Both the position numbers and the translations under genes were made by a program. Below are positions 22,797-36,871 of a DNA stretch of 64,000 nucleotides, piece after piece; within the stretch, counting starts at the first letter, position 1, and each line of letters opens with the position of its first letter. The notes below the pieces were generated by a model. It searched no databases. It was not told where the DNA came from and worked only from the letters and a program-made list of their open reading frames with translations. Source of the stretch: Basidiobolus meristosporus CBS 931.73 (lineage: Eukaryota > Fungi > Basidiobolomycota); contig MCFE01000500.1 in NCBI GenBank assembly GCA_002104905.1, positions 1 through 64,000 of the forward strand, written 5' to 3'.

Positions 22797-24498
22797 GTGG
22801 TGGTGTATAGGTCCAAGGGAGAGATACGTCTAACACTTCTCAAGTGTTTTGTGTGTGGGGTGTTCACTGGGTGCAATAACCTCTGGCAAAAGCTGCTAGG
22901 AATACTTGGGTTCTGTCTCTAATCTAATGTGAAGGGGAATAAAGCCACAAGCTTGTCAAGGGAAAGCTATTGAGCTACAATCCCCAACTTAGTTGGCATC
23001 TTAACAAAAGTATGTGCTGGGTTCAGCGTCCTTTGAGATGACAATGTACTAAAGCTTCCAAAGTCAAAACTGTTGCAATTTTCTGAGGAGTATTGGAAGT
23101 GATGTGGAGAACTATAGGATTTACATGTTATTCACTTGTAGATTTATTGATCAAAAGTATGGTATTTATACTTTTGATAAAGTAGAGGAAACAAACGTGT
23201 AGAGTTTGTTAAGGAAGGTCCCAAGAATATGTGTGCAAAGTTTGGGGTCTTTTGGACAACTTTGAGAAAAATAATAATCTGGGTACCTGACAATTTGGTG
23301 AAAATATTCTAAGTAAATCCCGACAAGAAATCTAGTCAGGACAGAATGCTAATCACAGAATAAGATCTATGTGACTAAGTTAGCATGAATATTTAGGTGA
23401 CAATTCAATAATTACAACACTCCCACTCAACAAAATATTCATGAGTAATAAATAGATATTGTGAGTGTGCAATCTGTAATAAGCGTATAAGATTTAACTG
23501 TTTTGTATACTGGACTAATATATTATTCAAAGGTGTATGCATTTGTGTTCAACTTAATAGAACAAGTAACTTGGAATTCAGTATGCATATCTACTTAGTA
23601 ATATGCCTAAAAATCTGAATGATCTGATCATAATACTAATCATTCTACTTTAGGCAAGTACATGAACCAAGACCCATGGCACATGATCAAGCTGTGATGC
23701 CATCCCTACAATTTTCATTCCATATATAGTATTCCTATGTTATGAAGGCTTCCAAATACTAATCTCTGATTGGTTGGGTGTTTTGTGTCTTTGAGAACCT
23801 TTTGGCATTGACTTAAAACATTCTTAGGTCATTCTGATGTCATCAAGGTTTTTATTGATCTCCCAAACTCTCTGGAGCACCATGCTTAGTAATCACTTAG
23901 CCAGTGACAAAGGTATATAAGGGGGGCAGTCCCTTGACAATAAATCATCATCCCTTTAATCAATACACCAACTTGTTGATTAGTGTGATCATTGCTACCT
24001 ACTGCTACTGCAACTTCCAATACCAGACCACAGGACACTCCTGGGAAACTCTACTGACAGCCAACTGACCTTGGGGGCACTACTTCTGAGAAATACTCAG
24101 AGTGGGCATCTTTTGTTATATTTGATTCTTTCCCAGGTGTGTTCTAGCACAGGCAAGGATACTTTTCTATGCTTGTAACTATTGACCATAGCTGAGCTCT
24201 TATCAAGCCACTGCTGGGTGAGCTTAAAGTTTTTTGACTTTGGAAGCTTTGTACATTTTCAACTCAAAGGAAGCTGAAACTGGCACATATTTTTGTTAAG
24301 ATGCCAACTAAGTTGGGGATTGAAGCTAAAAAATTCTCACTCAACAAGCTTGTGGCTTTGCTCCCCTTTGCATTGGTGTAGAGATATAACCATGTATTCC
24401 TAGCAAGCATTTGCTGGAGGTTGTGGCACCTAGTGATCACTGCACACACAACACATGTGAGAAGTCTTGAATATATCACTCACTTGGGCTTGTAACCA
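22797..24498. mobile_element. Two LTR family-F-like sequences in opposite orientation (~22797-23418 and ~23640-24498)
   Basis: Both resemble the solo LTR at 38830-43300. A PPT-like junction (CAACA|CTCCCACTCAA) lies near 23418 and GTATATAAG near 23914. Boundaries are approximate. Confidence 0.55.
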
Positions 24499-25284
24499 TG
24501 ATACTGTATAGCCTGAAACCATCCGCAGTGTATGGCCCAGCAGAATGCAAGTGACCTGTTCCATGAGCATTATCCTATATTCAAACAAGCAATCAGATTT
24601 TTGGCCAGGATTAGTCCACTAAGAAAGCATCCCTGCAATAGCAAACACTTTGAAAGGCATAGGACCTGCAGTGCCATGGCTAAAGCCAACATCTTCCTCA
24701 AGCACCTGTTGCAAGCAGGGCCACAGGTCCAAACAAGCAGCCAAGAAGTGTCAAGAAGCTAGCTCAGTGCTGGTAAGCAACAAGAAGGCAGGAATGGAGT
24801 ACAGCTTTTACCAAGGAAAAGGTGTAGCATCATTCATGAGGCACTCTGTTGAGAAGCAGCAAGGAACCGGTCAGTGATATGTATTATTGTCTTCCTCAGA
24901 AGTTTCTGACAACTAGGGCTGAAAGCTCAACACACGTGGCAAAGAAATGTCAGGAAGCCAGAGGAGTGCCAGTAAGAGACAAGCAGGCAGAGATGGATGC
25001 ATCAGTGCTGCACTTTTTAAAAGGAAGATGTAGTTCAGTTCTCAAAGTACTCAGCCAAGTTAAAATTGAAAGTACTGGCAGTAATAAAGTAAAAGGAAAA
25101 GGGCAAAATGTCTACCTAATCCGGAGATAGAGAAACATAAGAAAAAAGGTGCAGCTTTCACCTATCAAAACAGGATATATTGCAAAGACTATAGATAAGG
25201 TGCTAGCTCTATCTGGGCTGGCCGAAGGGCAGGAAATTTGGGAACCAGATAATACATAGTGTCATAAAGCTATAAGGTTCCCAC

Positions 25285-26391
25285 TGTTACAGTTCTTGAT
25301 ATAGGAGTTGTAGAGGAATAGGGAGTTTAGCAATTGTTGTATTTGCTAATACTTGAACCGATGTTTTTTGAGGTTCCAGCAGCACCTTATCTACAAATCT
25401 GTGAGATCAGTTGCTGACTAATTGGATTTTTTAATATAGGTTGCAGCTGATGACTCATTTGATTGCATCATCATCACCATTTAAGATCTTACTTAATAGA
25501 CTTGTTCCATTGGATAGTGCCACATTGATCCATGAGTGCCAAATGATGCCATAGTGTGCCAGAGAGGCCAAGTGAGCCTATACTTGGCCACAGAGTGTGA
25601 AACATGTATCTGCATCTTCATGCAAAGCAGCCCCTGTGTTTCACCTGTGATGCAGGAGAAAATCCATTTTTTGACGTTTTTTTGTGGATCAATGTTATGC
25701 AGGATGTGTAAGAGCACAGAAGAACTGAAGACATGCCTCAGGTTCCCAATACCCATGGCACTCTGAATCTAGCTCCTGTGGCTTGTAACATGTCACAACA
25801 ATGCATGGCACTATCTTGGTCCACTGGTACTATCTGGCACTATATTTAATTATTAGCCCTAAAGTAAGATCCATACAAAGCACTTATAGTGCCAGATAGT
25901 ACCAGTGGACCAAGATAGTGCCATGCATTGTGGTGACTTGTTACAAGCCACATGAGCTAGATTTAGAGTGCCATGGGTATTGAGTACTAAATGCATATTT
26001 TCAATCCTTTTGTGCTCTTACACATCCTGCGCAACATTGACCTAAAAAAAAAGGTCAAAAAATGGATTTTTTCCAACACAATGGGTGAAACACAGGGGCT
26101 GCTTTGCATGAAGATGCAGAGATATGTTTCACACATTGTGGCCAAGTATAGGCTCACTTAGCCTCCCTGGCACACTATGGCATCATTTGGCACTCATGGC
26201 TCAATGTGGCACTATCCGACGGAACAAGTCTAATATATCTATTTCTGTCTTATCAGGCCCTGCTGATTCATCTGCTGACTAATACTACTGATTTGATATA
26301 TTGCACTGACATACTGATAAGCTAAACATAAAACTAATTGATTTGTTCAAAAACTGATCTAACTCAAATACTCAAGTGGGAGATCATAACA
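25285..26391 (-). mobile_element. Gypsy LTR family D (~370 bp net), reverse orientation, split by fold-back copy 2
   Basis: TGTTACA...ATCATAACA, matching the LTRs at 46701-47069 and 56643-57011. TSD not clear. Confidence 0.8.
25498..26231. mobile_element. Fold-back element copy 2
   Basis: Same termini as copy 1; TSD AAT/AAT. Confidence 0.92.
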
Positions 26392-26884
26392 ACCAAAAGC
26401 CATGGAAAAGAGTGTTTTAGCACTAATACTTATTGAGTGGTGGATTTTGATGCAGTTGCTTATTGAGCATGCAGTAGGGTGTGATGTTGGTGCTGGTTCT
26501 AGGTACTTCTATGGGTCAGTACAATTAACCATCAGGTTTACAGAAAATTTAATTGAAATAAGCCTATATGTATACCTGATAAGTCAGAGTATTGCCTGAG
26601 TCAGGAATTTTTTGGGGCATAAAAAAGAGCAGTAGCCAATCAATGTGCACACCATGGGAGATGATTGAGTGCTTTAGACTAATAGGTGAGAGAACTGGTT
26701 GAGAATCATTCAAGAGGCACTTATCACTGTAATGAGATTATCTGCCTAAGCTTTTTGTGAGCTCTGAGGTGCAAAATTATAATGGTCTTTGAATGGTGTT
26801 CTTAATGCAACAACACCTCTTAGTTGTGGGATTTAAATTTTGAATTGGCCTCTTGATGAGATCTTCATAGTTACTTTTGTAGGG

Positions 26885-28200
26885 ATTGAGATATGGTAAT
26901 ACTTTCAACTTGACTTGTCCTCCAATCTCCTTGCACATCTGCTATATAGGAAATCCCCAAGTGAAGCATGGTGCAACATTCTTCATGTATCAAGCAATCT
27001 GGGGCAGAGTACAGATGCAGTAGCAGCAGAGATCTAAACATTAAGATTTATGCTTGTAGCAGAGCTGCACAAATCCTGCTATCAACTCCTTGCATGAAAA
27101 ATGCAGATATGATAAATGGGTATTAGTGATTAGTTCCTGGATAAATATTCCTAAAATGTCAACATATGCCTCTCACTGCTTGCAATGTATTCTAGGCTGA
27201 AATTACTTCAGAATGCAATTTGAGTACACACATGTCCAGTTCATGAAGTCTTTGTATTTATGTTGCTGCATATGGGTATGAGTATTAAATAGAACGTGAT
27301 GTGAATACATTGTGTGGCAAGTGCTCTGTAGTATATCTATAGCTCTTCCAATGTTTTAAGGTGTCTCAGGTTACTCATTTAACTTGAGATGCCCTGTGTA
27401 CAACTTGGTCCCTGGTGTAGGGATAATGCTAAAGAGTAAAAGCAATACTCCAAGTGGAAAGCTTTTGCTCCAAAAGATTCCCTCTATCTGTAGTGTATCT
27501 GGTTTATGATTAGTTCCATATAGTGACTGATGGCTTATAACATGCCACCCTTGTTGCAATTGTCTACAGACTTCTTTGCAATCTTTCTGTGAGAAGATGC
27601 TTTTTGTGATATTGGTGTTTAGACAACATTAATGTGTGTAAGTTATGGAGAAAATCCCCTGGATCTCACTCACTTCAGAGCAATACCAGCCAAGAAGCCC
27701 AGAATAGCCAGCCATCTTGCTGTTGGCCAGGGTACATCTAATGCCAATAATAATATGCACATGGAAATTACAGTTATTTACTAGTATCCTGCTGGATACC
27801 ATACAAAGTGTCTGCAGCAACAGATACAAGTAGCTATCCTGCTTGGCTCATGAATTGGGCTCAGATATACAACCATTGGATTTCTGCTCTGATATTAAAA
27901 CATTGCTGTCATATTCAATCAGATGAGAAACAATAGCCAGCAGTGTTAACCAGCAAGGTACTTGTTTACTAAGACTTCATCAAGTGCCAAGGCTAACATA
28001 TGATCATACCTTCAAGGTAGCCCTTGATTATTGGCTGAGCTTATCCTCCTACTTGTCAATGAGTTATAGCTCTGCAAGATATCATGGAATCCTTGCTTCA
28101 CATTCATACACTAAGCAATATATTAATTGTTGGGTACTGTTATGCACTCTGACACTGCAGGCAGACAATGCTGGTCAATACACTTATCCTATCTACTTAC
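26885..28200 (-). pseudogene. Diverged CACTA transposase remnant
   Basis: Colinear with 37700-38830 but more diverged, with many stops; ORF 27371-27559 (IEGIFWSKSFPLG...YTGHLKLNE). Confidence 0.7.
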
Positions 28201-28950
28201 AGCTACACTTGCATACTTGGTCAGCATTTTTTTAAAAAATCCATTAAATTGTTCTGTGACTCCATTAGTTCTCAGGTGATATGCAAAAGCTATTCAATGT
28301 TTGAGCTGCTGCATTTCCCAATAGGCTTCAGATGGTTTGCCATAAAGCTTGCTCCTCTATCAGACAAGATTTGTGCTGGGCATCTAAACTTCATAAGGAT
28401 CTCATGGTAGACGAAACTTGCAACTTGTTGTACACTGACTACAGTTACTGCTTTAGCCACTGATCATTTGGTGGCATGGTCAATTGCCACTAGGAACCAA
28501 CAGTTGCATTTCCTGGTGGTTGGCAGTTTCAATAAAGTCAATTTCCATCTCTCAAATGGTTTCCCAGGCTTTAAGGGAAATAGTTCAGCAATACTCTGTG
28601 GTTGGCCTTGGTTGACTTGGCAATCTGGTCATGTTTTCACTAGCTTCTCAATGACTTGTTTCATTCTAGGCCATTATGCTCTGGCATTCACAAGGCTATA
28701 GGTTCCTTCAATTCCAAGATGTTCATATCAATTATATAGCATATGTATTAAATCCAGGCAAGCAACATAAGGGAAATAGGCAATAGGTCATCCATCACCA
28801 ACTAGGTAGAGTATTTGATCATTTACTACAGATTTGCTACCTTCATGCCAAATAATCTTCTTGATATAGCTTGCTTGATCTCAGCCTCTTCAGGACCTTT
28901 CAATGTGCACCAAGTGGTCCTCTTCTGTGCTGCTATATAGTAAAATGTCA
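28200..28950 (-). pseudogene. Gypsy integrase core remnant
   Basis: The reverse complement reads PFERWKLTL...LVAIDHATK...ILSDRGASFM...TNGVTEQFNG, homologous to 50750-51120. Confidence 0.75.
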
Positions 28951-29555
28951 TCTAGCTAGATTACAACAACCTTTTCTAAGTACTCCTTGAATATGGTATG
29001 CATTAAGGTCAGGAATGTTGCGGGGGCATTGGTGAAGGCAATACTCAAGACTAAGTACTTGCAAGGTCCATATCTGGTCCTGAGCACCAGTGCCTTTTGT
29101 GTAAAAGAAGGATGGAACACTTAAGATGTGCATTGACTACAGAGCCCTTAACTCCATCACTGTGAAGTGTAATTGCCCCATATCCTGGATTGATCAGCTT
29201 TTGGAATAATTCAATGGAGACACTGTATTCATCAATATTGATATCATGTCAGGATACAACCTTATCAGGGTCAAAATAGAAGATATCCCTAAGACAGAAT
29301 TCAGGATCAGATATGGATACTATGGGCACTTAGTTGTGTGTTTTGGCCTCACCAATGCCCTGTGCCATTCCTTGCCTTAATGCAAATCATCTTCCAGGAT
29401 TAATTAGACAAGTTTGTGGTAATCAGCCTCGATGACATATTGTTGTACAGCAAGTCAGAGGTGGACCCCTTGGTACACATTGAAAAGGTTTTGAAGAAGC
29501 TAGCACCTTAATGTATGCTATAGCCTGTGCAACTGCATTTCAGACACTTAAGAAT

Positions 29556-30288
29556 AGACTTGTTCCGTTGGATAGTGCCACATTGAGCCATGAGTGCCAA
29601 ATGATGCCATAGTGTGCCAAGGAGGCTAAGTGAGCCTATATTTGGCCACAGAGTGTGAAACATAGCTCTGCATTGGCATGCAAAGCAGTCCTTATGTTTC
29701 ACTCATTGTGCTTGAGAAAATCTATTTTTTGACCTTTTTTTTTGGATCAATATTTTGCAGGATGTGTAAGAGCAGAAAACAATTGAACACATGCATCTGG
29801 TACTCAATGCCCATGGCACTTTGAATCTAGCTCTGGTGGCTTGTATCATGTCACAAAAATGCATGGCACTATCTTGGTCCACTGGTGCAATCAGGCACTA
29901 TATTTAAATATTAGCCCTAAAGTAAGACCTATATAAAGCACCTATCGTGCCAGATATTACCAGTAGACCAAGATAGTGCCATGCATTTTTGTGACATGAT
30001 ACAAGCCACAAGAGCTAGATTCAAAGTGCCATGTGTATTGAGTATCAAAGGCTTGTCTTCAGTCCTTCTGTTCTCTCACACATTCTGAACAATGTTGATC
30101 CAAAAAAAAAGTGAAAAATTGGATTTTCTCCAGTACAATGGGTGAAACACAGGGGCTGCTTTTCATGAAGATGCAGAGCTATGTTTCACACTCTGTGGCC
30201 AAATATAGGCTCACTTGGCCCCCTTGGGACAATATGGCACCTTTTGGCACTTGTGGCTCAATGTGGCACTATCCAACAAAACAAGTCT
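29556..30288. mobile_element. Fold-back element copy 3
   Basis: Same termini; TSD AAT/AAT inside Gypsy pol. Confidence 0.92.
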
Positions 30289-33200
30289 AATGAACTTAGC
30301 ACGCTGCCAAGCTTAAGATTACATGAATTCAGAAAAGAATTCACTCTCTGCACAGATGCTTCAGATTATGAAATTGGCAGAGTACTGATCCAAGAACACA
30401 AGGGAAAGGAATACCCAGTTGCTTTTGAATCCAAGAAGCTGAACTCAGCAGAACAAAACTATCCAGTGCATGAAAAGCAGATGCTGCAATAATACATTGT
30501 CTAAAACATGGAGATACTACATTAAGGGAGTCAGCTGCACGGCAAAGATGATTCACTTAGGTCTATTTTAGCTCAGGAGGTACTATCCAGAAGAGTTACA
30601 GGATCAAATGAAAATATTTCGCAATTTTGCCTGGAGATTTTCTACTGCCCTGAGAAAAAAAACATGGTTGCTGATGCCTTATTGACACTAGAGCAAGTTG
30701 CACAGCGCAACTGATGCATTAATCAGATTAGCCTAGCCTATTAACAAGTGTTTGGAGGACTAAGCCATTCCTATTGGGGTGGATGAAGATATTGAGCAGA
30801 TTATCTGAGATGATGCTAGCAAACTTGTAGTACAGGATGAAACTCTCTACCAAGTTGTTGATGTGTTATGACCTACCACTTGAGTGTTTAAGTTTGATCA
30901 ATTTTTGTCAAATCAATTAGATATATGTCTAGCCTATCAGTATATCAGTGATACCTATCAAATCAGTAGCATTAGTCAGCAAATGAATCAGTATATCCTT
31001 ATCCAACAGGTATAGATATATCAAGTAGGAGTTTATTGGGTGATGATGATGTAACCAAATGAATCATCTGCCAGAACATCCATTAGGGAATATAGTTAGT
31101 TAGTAATTGACCTGGCAAAATGTACACAGGGAGCAGCTGGAACCTCAATAAAAATTGGTTCAAGTTTTATTGAATACAGTACTAGCTAAACTCCCTATTC
31201 CTCTACAACTCAAAAGACTTGTAACATTGGTAGCAGCAATAACCAGAAACCTCCCTCCTGGAGAAATAAGAAGCCTCCCTCAATATGTCCAAAAATCAAG
31301 AATAGAAGAATGCTATGCAACAAATCCTGGCCTAGCAGCAACTGTTACTTCAGATCCTTAGCCAGCAGCAACAAGGAATGACTACCATGGCTCAAAGCCT
31401 GCAAAACCCTGTCAAGAGCAACTTTAGTGTTAAGGTCAACCGGTGCCATGGTAGAGGCTGTGAAAACCTGGGAACTTGGCTCTTCCAGATTGAAGAAGCT
31501 TCCAAGACTAAGGGAATTGCTCCAGAAAGTAAGTTACATTATGCAGCCTCTGACCTGGCATATGCAGCTCTACAGTGGTACCACAGCAAGATCAGGTCAG
31601 CTACCATGATGGATGCTCTACAATCTCTACCTGGGATGAGTTTGTGTTGGAAACTCAGGATGCCTTTGAGCCCCCACACTACAATCTTTGCCTGGGATGA
31701 GTTTGTGTTGGAAATTTAGGATGCTTTTGGACCTCCACACCAGCAGACACTATTAAGAAGAAAGTTGAAGACACTCAGACAGAAAGGAATGGCCCAAGAG
31801 TATATCTAAGAATATAGATGTCTACTTGTACAAATTGAAAGAATGGACCCCCTGGATCAAGTGGAACACTTTATCAATGGGTTAAACAAAAGAACTTGCA
31901 AGGAAGTGAATTATCAAAGACCCCAGACTACTGAAGAAGCCATCAATATTGCCATTGACTATGACTCAGCTATGTTTGGAGTTGGGAAGCCTACAATGAT
32001 CAATCAGTGAGACTACAATCACTATAAAAGAAGACAATCAGAAGCAGTGCCAATGGAAATAGACACTATGCAGAAGAATCCTACCTCAGAAGAATGTAAG
32101 AAGAAAGGACTTTGCTTCAGTTTGCACCAGCAGGGACATATTGCAAAATACTGCCCTCAGAGAAGAAACAGACACCAGCCATCAAGAACCTTCAACCATA
32201 TTGAAGCCCATGAGCAAAGTAAACTGGGGAATGAACTTGAAGAAGACTTAGAATTCACCTTCCATATGACAAAAGAATACCTATCCCAGATGACCTCAAA
32301 CTCAGGAAAGCTATTATATTTGAATGGAGTAATCAATGGAGCACCAGCCAAAATCATGATGGACTCAGGAGCATTGAGTGAGTACTTGTCAGAGGAATTT
32401 GCTTTGAAAGCGGGAATCAACATGGAACCCACCAAGTCAGCTTCAGTCTAAACAGCTGATGGGAACTTTCATATATTCAACTGTATTACTCATCCAGTAA
32501 GGATGATGATTACTGGCTATGAGGCCATGGAGCATAGTTATATTGAGGATGAACTTGAAGAAGACTTAGAACTCACCTTCCATATGACAGAAGAATACCT
32601 ATCCCAGATGACCTCAAACTCAGCAAAGCTATTATACATGGATGGAGTAATCAATGGAGTACCTGCCAAGGCCATGATTGACTCAGGAGCATTGCATGAG
32701 TACATGTCAGAGCAACTTGCTTTGAAAGCTGGAATCAACTCCCTATGAAAAATAATTTGGTCCTGCGGGTGGATTCAATCCTGATCATCTGTCAAGAACC
32801 TGTTTAGAGACGATCATAATAACAGCAGCTTGGAATTAGTGACCCTCCTCACAATTGTACTCTAAGTATAATGGAGTCACATAATGGTTTAATGGATAAT
32901 TTGGAAAAATGCTTACCATGTATGCAAATGGAGCTGTCAGTACATGGGATGAGTACATAGACCAATCACTCTTTGCATGCAGAGTAAGAGTGCACAACAC
33001 CACCCAACAATTGCCATTTTACTTAGTGTATGTATGTGAACCAAGGATTACAGGAGATCTCACACAACCAAAGCTTACAGATGCCTTAGAATATGAACTC
33101 AGTCAGCCAAGCAGACATCAGCAGCTGGTACAAAGACGTCAATAAGCACAGGACAAAGTATCCCAAAGTGCAGAGAAGATGAAGTAGAGATTTGATAAGA

Positions 33201-33443
33201 CTATATCACCAGAATTTTTGACAGTTGGGAACTTTGTATTGCTGACAAACAATACTTGCAAGAAGTTTGAGCCACAATGGACGGAACCTTTTAAGATCAT
33301 GAGAGAATGTCCCTTTGCCACTTACCAACTAGTGGACAAACAAGGGAATATCCAGGAAGACTTAGTGCTTAGGGACAGACTCAAGCTTGTGTTACAAGTC
33401 CTGGTATAAGAGTTGTAGAGGAATAGGGAGTTTAGCTAGTATT

Positions 33444-34177
33444 AGACTTGTTCCGTTGGATAGTGCCACATTGAGCCATGAGTGCCAAATGATGCCATAG
33501 TGTGCCAGTGAGGCCAATTGAGCCTCTATCTGGCCACAGGGTGTGAAACATAGCTCCGCATCTTCATGCAAAGGAGCCCCTATGTTTCACCCATTGTGTT
33601 GGAGAAAATCCATTTTCTGACCTTTTTTTTTGGATCAATGTTGTGCAGGATATGTTAGAGCACAAGCAGATTGAAGATATGCATCTGGTACTCAATACCC
33701 ATGGCACTCTGAATCTAGCTCCTGTAGCTTGTATCATGACACAAAAATGAATGGCACTATCTTGGTCCACTGGTACTATCTGGCACTATAGGTGCTTTGT
33801 ATAGATCTTATTTTAGGGCTAATATTTAAATATAGTGCCAGAGAGTACCAGTGGACCAAGATAGTGCCATTCATTTTTGTGTCATGATACAAGCTACGGG
33901 AGCTAGATTCAGAGTGCCATGGGTATTGAGTACCAGATGCATATCTTCAGCTCTCCTGTGCTCTCACACATCCTGAGCTACATTGATCCACAAAAAAAGG
34001 TCAAAAAATGGATTTTCTCCAACACAATGGGTGAAACACAGGGGCTGCTTTGCATGAAGATGCAGAGCTATGTTTCACACCCTGTGGCCAGGTAGAGGCT
34101 CAATTGGCCTCTCTGGCGCACTATGGCATCATTTGGCACTCATGGCTCAATGTGGCACTATCCAACGGAACAAGTCT
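33444..34177. mobile_element. Fold-back element copy 4 (inverted relative to copy 1)
   Basis: Same termini; TSD ATT/ATT inside the G2 3' LTR. Confidence 0.92.
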
Positions 34178-34745
34178 ATTGTATTTACTAAAACTTAAAC
34201 TGCTCTTTATTGCAAATATAGCAGCTCCTTATATACATTTTGCCTGATCAATTGCTGACTAATTGTATCTTCTAATGTAGGCTGTGGCTGATGACTCATT
34301 TGATTGCATCATCATCACCCAATAAGATCCTACCTAATATATTTATTTCTGTCCAATAAGGATCTGCCAATTCATTTGCTGATTAATGCTACTGATTTGA
34401 TAGATAATGCTGATATACTGATAACCTAAACATATAACTAATTGATTTGGCTAAAAACTGATCTAACTTAAACATTCAAGCGGCCGATCATAACATTCTC
34501 CCCTGCTAAAGTTGAGAGTGTTCTCTGGAATCTCTTTTCTTGTGATGCCAATATCTTGATGGTTCAGTATTATCAGCCAGTCTTGCAAGCTTGAGTCTTC
34601 TTCATAGCCAGTAATCTTCATCCGTACTGGCTGAGTAATACGGTTGATTATATGAGAGTTCCCATCAGCTGTGGAGACTGAAGTTGATTTGATGGGTTTG
34701 GGGTTGCCTACAAAAAATTATTGAGATGATCCCATCAAAAGGCCA

Positions 34746-36650
34746 TCACAAAGTTAATGTCCCGTGACTGAGAGGTACTAATCTTGTCAGGACACCATCC
34801 TGAGACCATTGAAAAATAATTGCACCCCAGATTTTACAAAATAAATCCTTGCAATATTCCAGTGCGTTTTCTTGAGCACTGCTCTTGAAGAAGTGCTGCA
34901 ACCTCTTGGTATGCCTATTAATGTTCCAAAACTTCACTGAAGGCATTTTGATAGTCTTTTGAGCTCTTGATGTTGGATCCTTATCTGTCAGAGGAATCTC
35001 CACTCTGTCGAAATTGGAGGCTGTGGAGGCTGTGGTAGACAAATTGCCTTTTTCAGCAAACTCATCTACCTAGCTAGAGTGTGACTCAACTGGCTGCGTT
35101 TCCAACTCTTGTGAAAATGGCTGTTTTCTTGATGGTAATTCTTCTTGGCTATGATGGGATTCAGTCTGTTCCTGGCTTGAGGCATTAATTGGCAAGAGCT
35201 GCAGTTTTTTTTGCATGCCTCCCTCTCTCAGGCTTGGGTAGACACTTTTCCCTTTACCTTTTCCTTTTTCACTGCTAGACCTTTCACTGCTACTTTGTCT
35301 GAGTGCTTCTTGTAAAGAACTATGTTTTCTCCTGGATAAATTCTGCTCTGACGCATCAGTTTTAGCCTGCTTGTCCCTTGCTGGCACTCTTATAGCAACC
35401 TGACATTTCCTTTCAGCTTGTTTTGAGCTCTTGACTGTAGTTGTGACAGGCTCCTGTAAAAGCAGCTTGATTTTATCACTGCAAGGTCCTTCACTGCTAC
35501 TTTGACTGGGTGCTTCTTGAGTAGTACTGTGCTTCTTGAGTAGTACTGTGCTTCTTCCTTGATAAATGTTGTGCTGGTGTATCCATGTCTGCCTGCTTGT
35601 CCTTAATTGGCAATCTTCCAGCTGCCTGATGTCTCTTTGACACTTGTCTGCAGCTTTTGGCCCTGCTTGTAATGGGCTCCTGAGGAAGCTGCTGGTTTTT
35701 AGCCATGGCACCCTTGTTCTTCTGCCTTTGATGGTTTCTGCTATTCTTAAGATACTTTCTTAGCATACCAATGCTGGCCCAAAATCTGTTTGCCTGTTTG
35801 AATCTTGGATAATGCTCATGGAACAAGTCAAGTGCATTCTGCTTTGCCTTGAGTTCCTGATGGTTGCATGGTATGCCAGCTTTAAGGTGATGGTGTGCCA
35901 GACTTCTGACAGCCTCTTGTATATTAGCCCACCCTTCATTATTGCACTCATGACTTCTTGGATCTTTAATATCTTTTGATTTTTAGGCTTTGGTATAAAC
36001 ACCACATTGTCTCCCTCCCATGCTGTGATAGGTTTTTCTTTAGACTTTACCTTTGGGCACTGTTGTTGTGCTTCAAAGACTGTACAGTGTTCCTCTGCTC
36101 TTACATCAAGAAATGACTCAATTCTTGGCTGTGACATTGAGCTACTTGAGTTCCTTCTTTGCAGCAAAGATACTGCTTTCTCTACCTGTGACATTGATTG
36201 CTCTACACATATTATCCGCTCATCCTGTTTCTGGAATACTTCCTGATTTCTCTGGGCCATTGCATTTATCCTATCAGCCACTGCACCTAATTGCTTCATT
36301 AATGCTTTGGTATGAGCTGGCAACATACTTGCTAATATGGGTGGTGGTGATGTTATTGTGGCCACTTGCTGATCTTCAACAGAGGGTACTGCGTTTGCTA
36401 CATTCTCATCTGCCTGAGCATAACAAATTTGTGGCTGTGCAGAGGTTCTCAATTGACTACTTGACTGAGAGCCTGAGGAGTCTGCATTATTACCTTCAAT
36501 GGGCACACTGTCCACAGGGCCTTTTTTGGATGTAGCCCTGCATGTTGCACTCAATATCAAAGCAAGCTGTTGTCCAACTGTTCTTCTGTTGCTGCCAGCA
36601 GTGGGGTTTAGTTGAGAGCCAGACAACTTTGCTTTATTTTTTGGCAGCAT
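34746..36650 (-). pseudogene. CACTA ORF-A, unknown protein (coiled-coil segment, basic low-complexity repeats, conserved C-terminal domain), frameshifted
   Basis: ORFs 35760-36650, 35497-35826, 35070-35711 and 34746-35042. Homologous pieces occur in at least five copies. Confidence 0.7.
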
Positions 36651-36871
36651 ACATATGGAAGTGAGTCAAACAATAGGGGAAATAGTGTTACATATACATG
36701 TGTATGTGGGACCACAACTTTATTTATATGCTTACTATGGCAGGTCATCATTGAGTCTTACATTCATGTAGGTGCAATATCTCAGATACAAGACTGTCTT
36801 AAGTTCACATGAGTATTGACCAAAAAGTGATATAATAGCGTTAGGTTGTTGAAGGTCAAACTGTATGCCCC

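Larger units (their letters stand above)
24499..26884 (-). mobile_element. Diverged CACTA left part (ORF-A remnants on the plus strand, ending in the reverse TIR CCCTACAAAAG)
   Basis: ORFs 24532-25130 and 26402-26599 (LIEWWILMQLL) resemble ORF-A. TIR ...ACTTTTGTAGGG ends at 26884. Confidence 0.7.

Noticed and set aside
22797-24498. Long-TIR or DIRS-like element with inverted ends
   Set aside because: The two ends are quite diverged, and each matches the TSD-flanked solo LTR F. Two independent LTR insertions are the simpler explanation, and no tyrosine recombinase is seen.
31227-31243. Tf1-style self-priming PBS in Gypsy family D
   Set aside because: Only 7 nt (GCTGCTA) in the LTR complement the PBS, and they lie too close to the TATA box. 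TGGTAGCAG fits initiator tRNA-Met priming.
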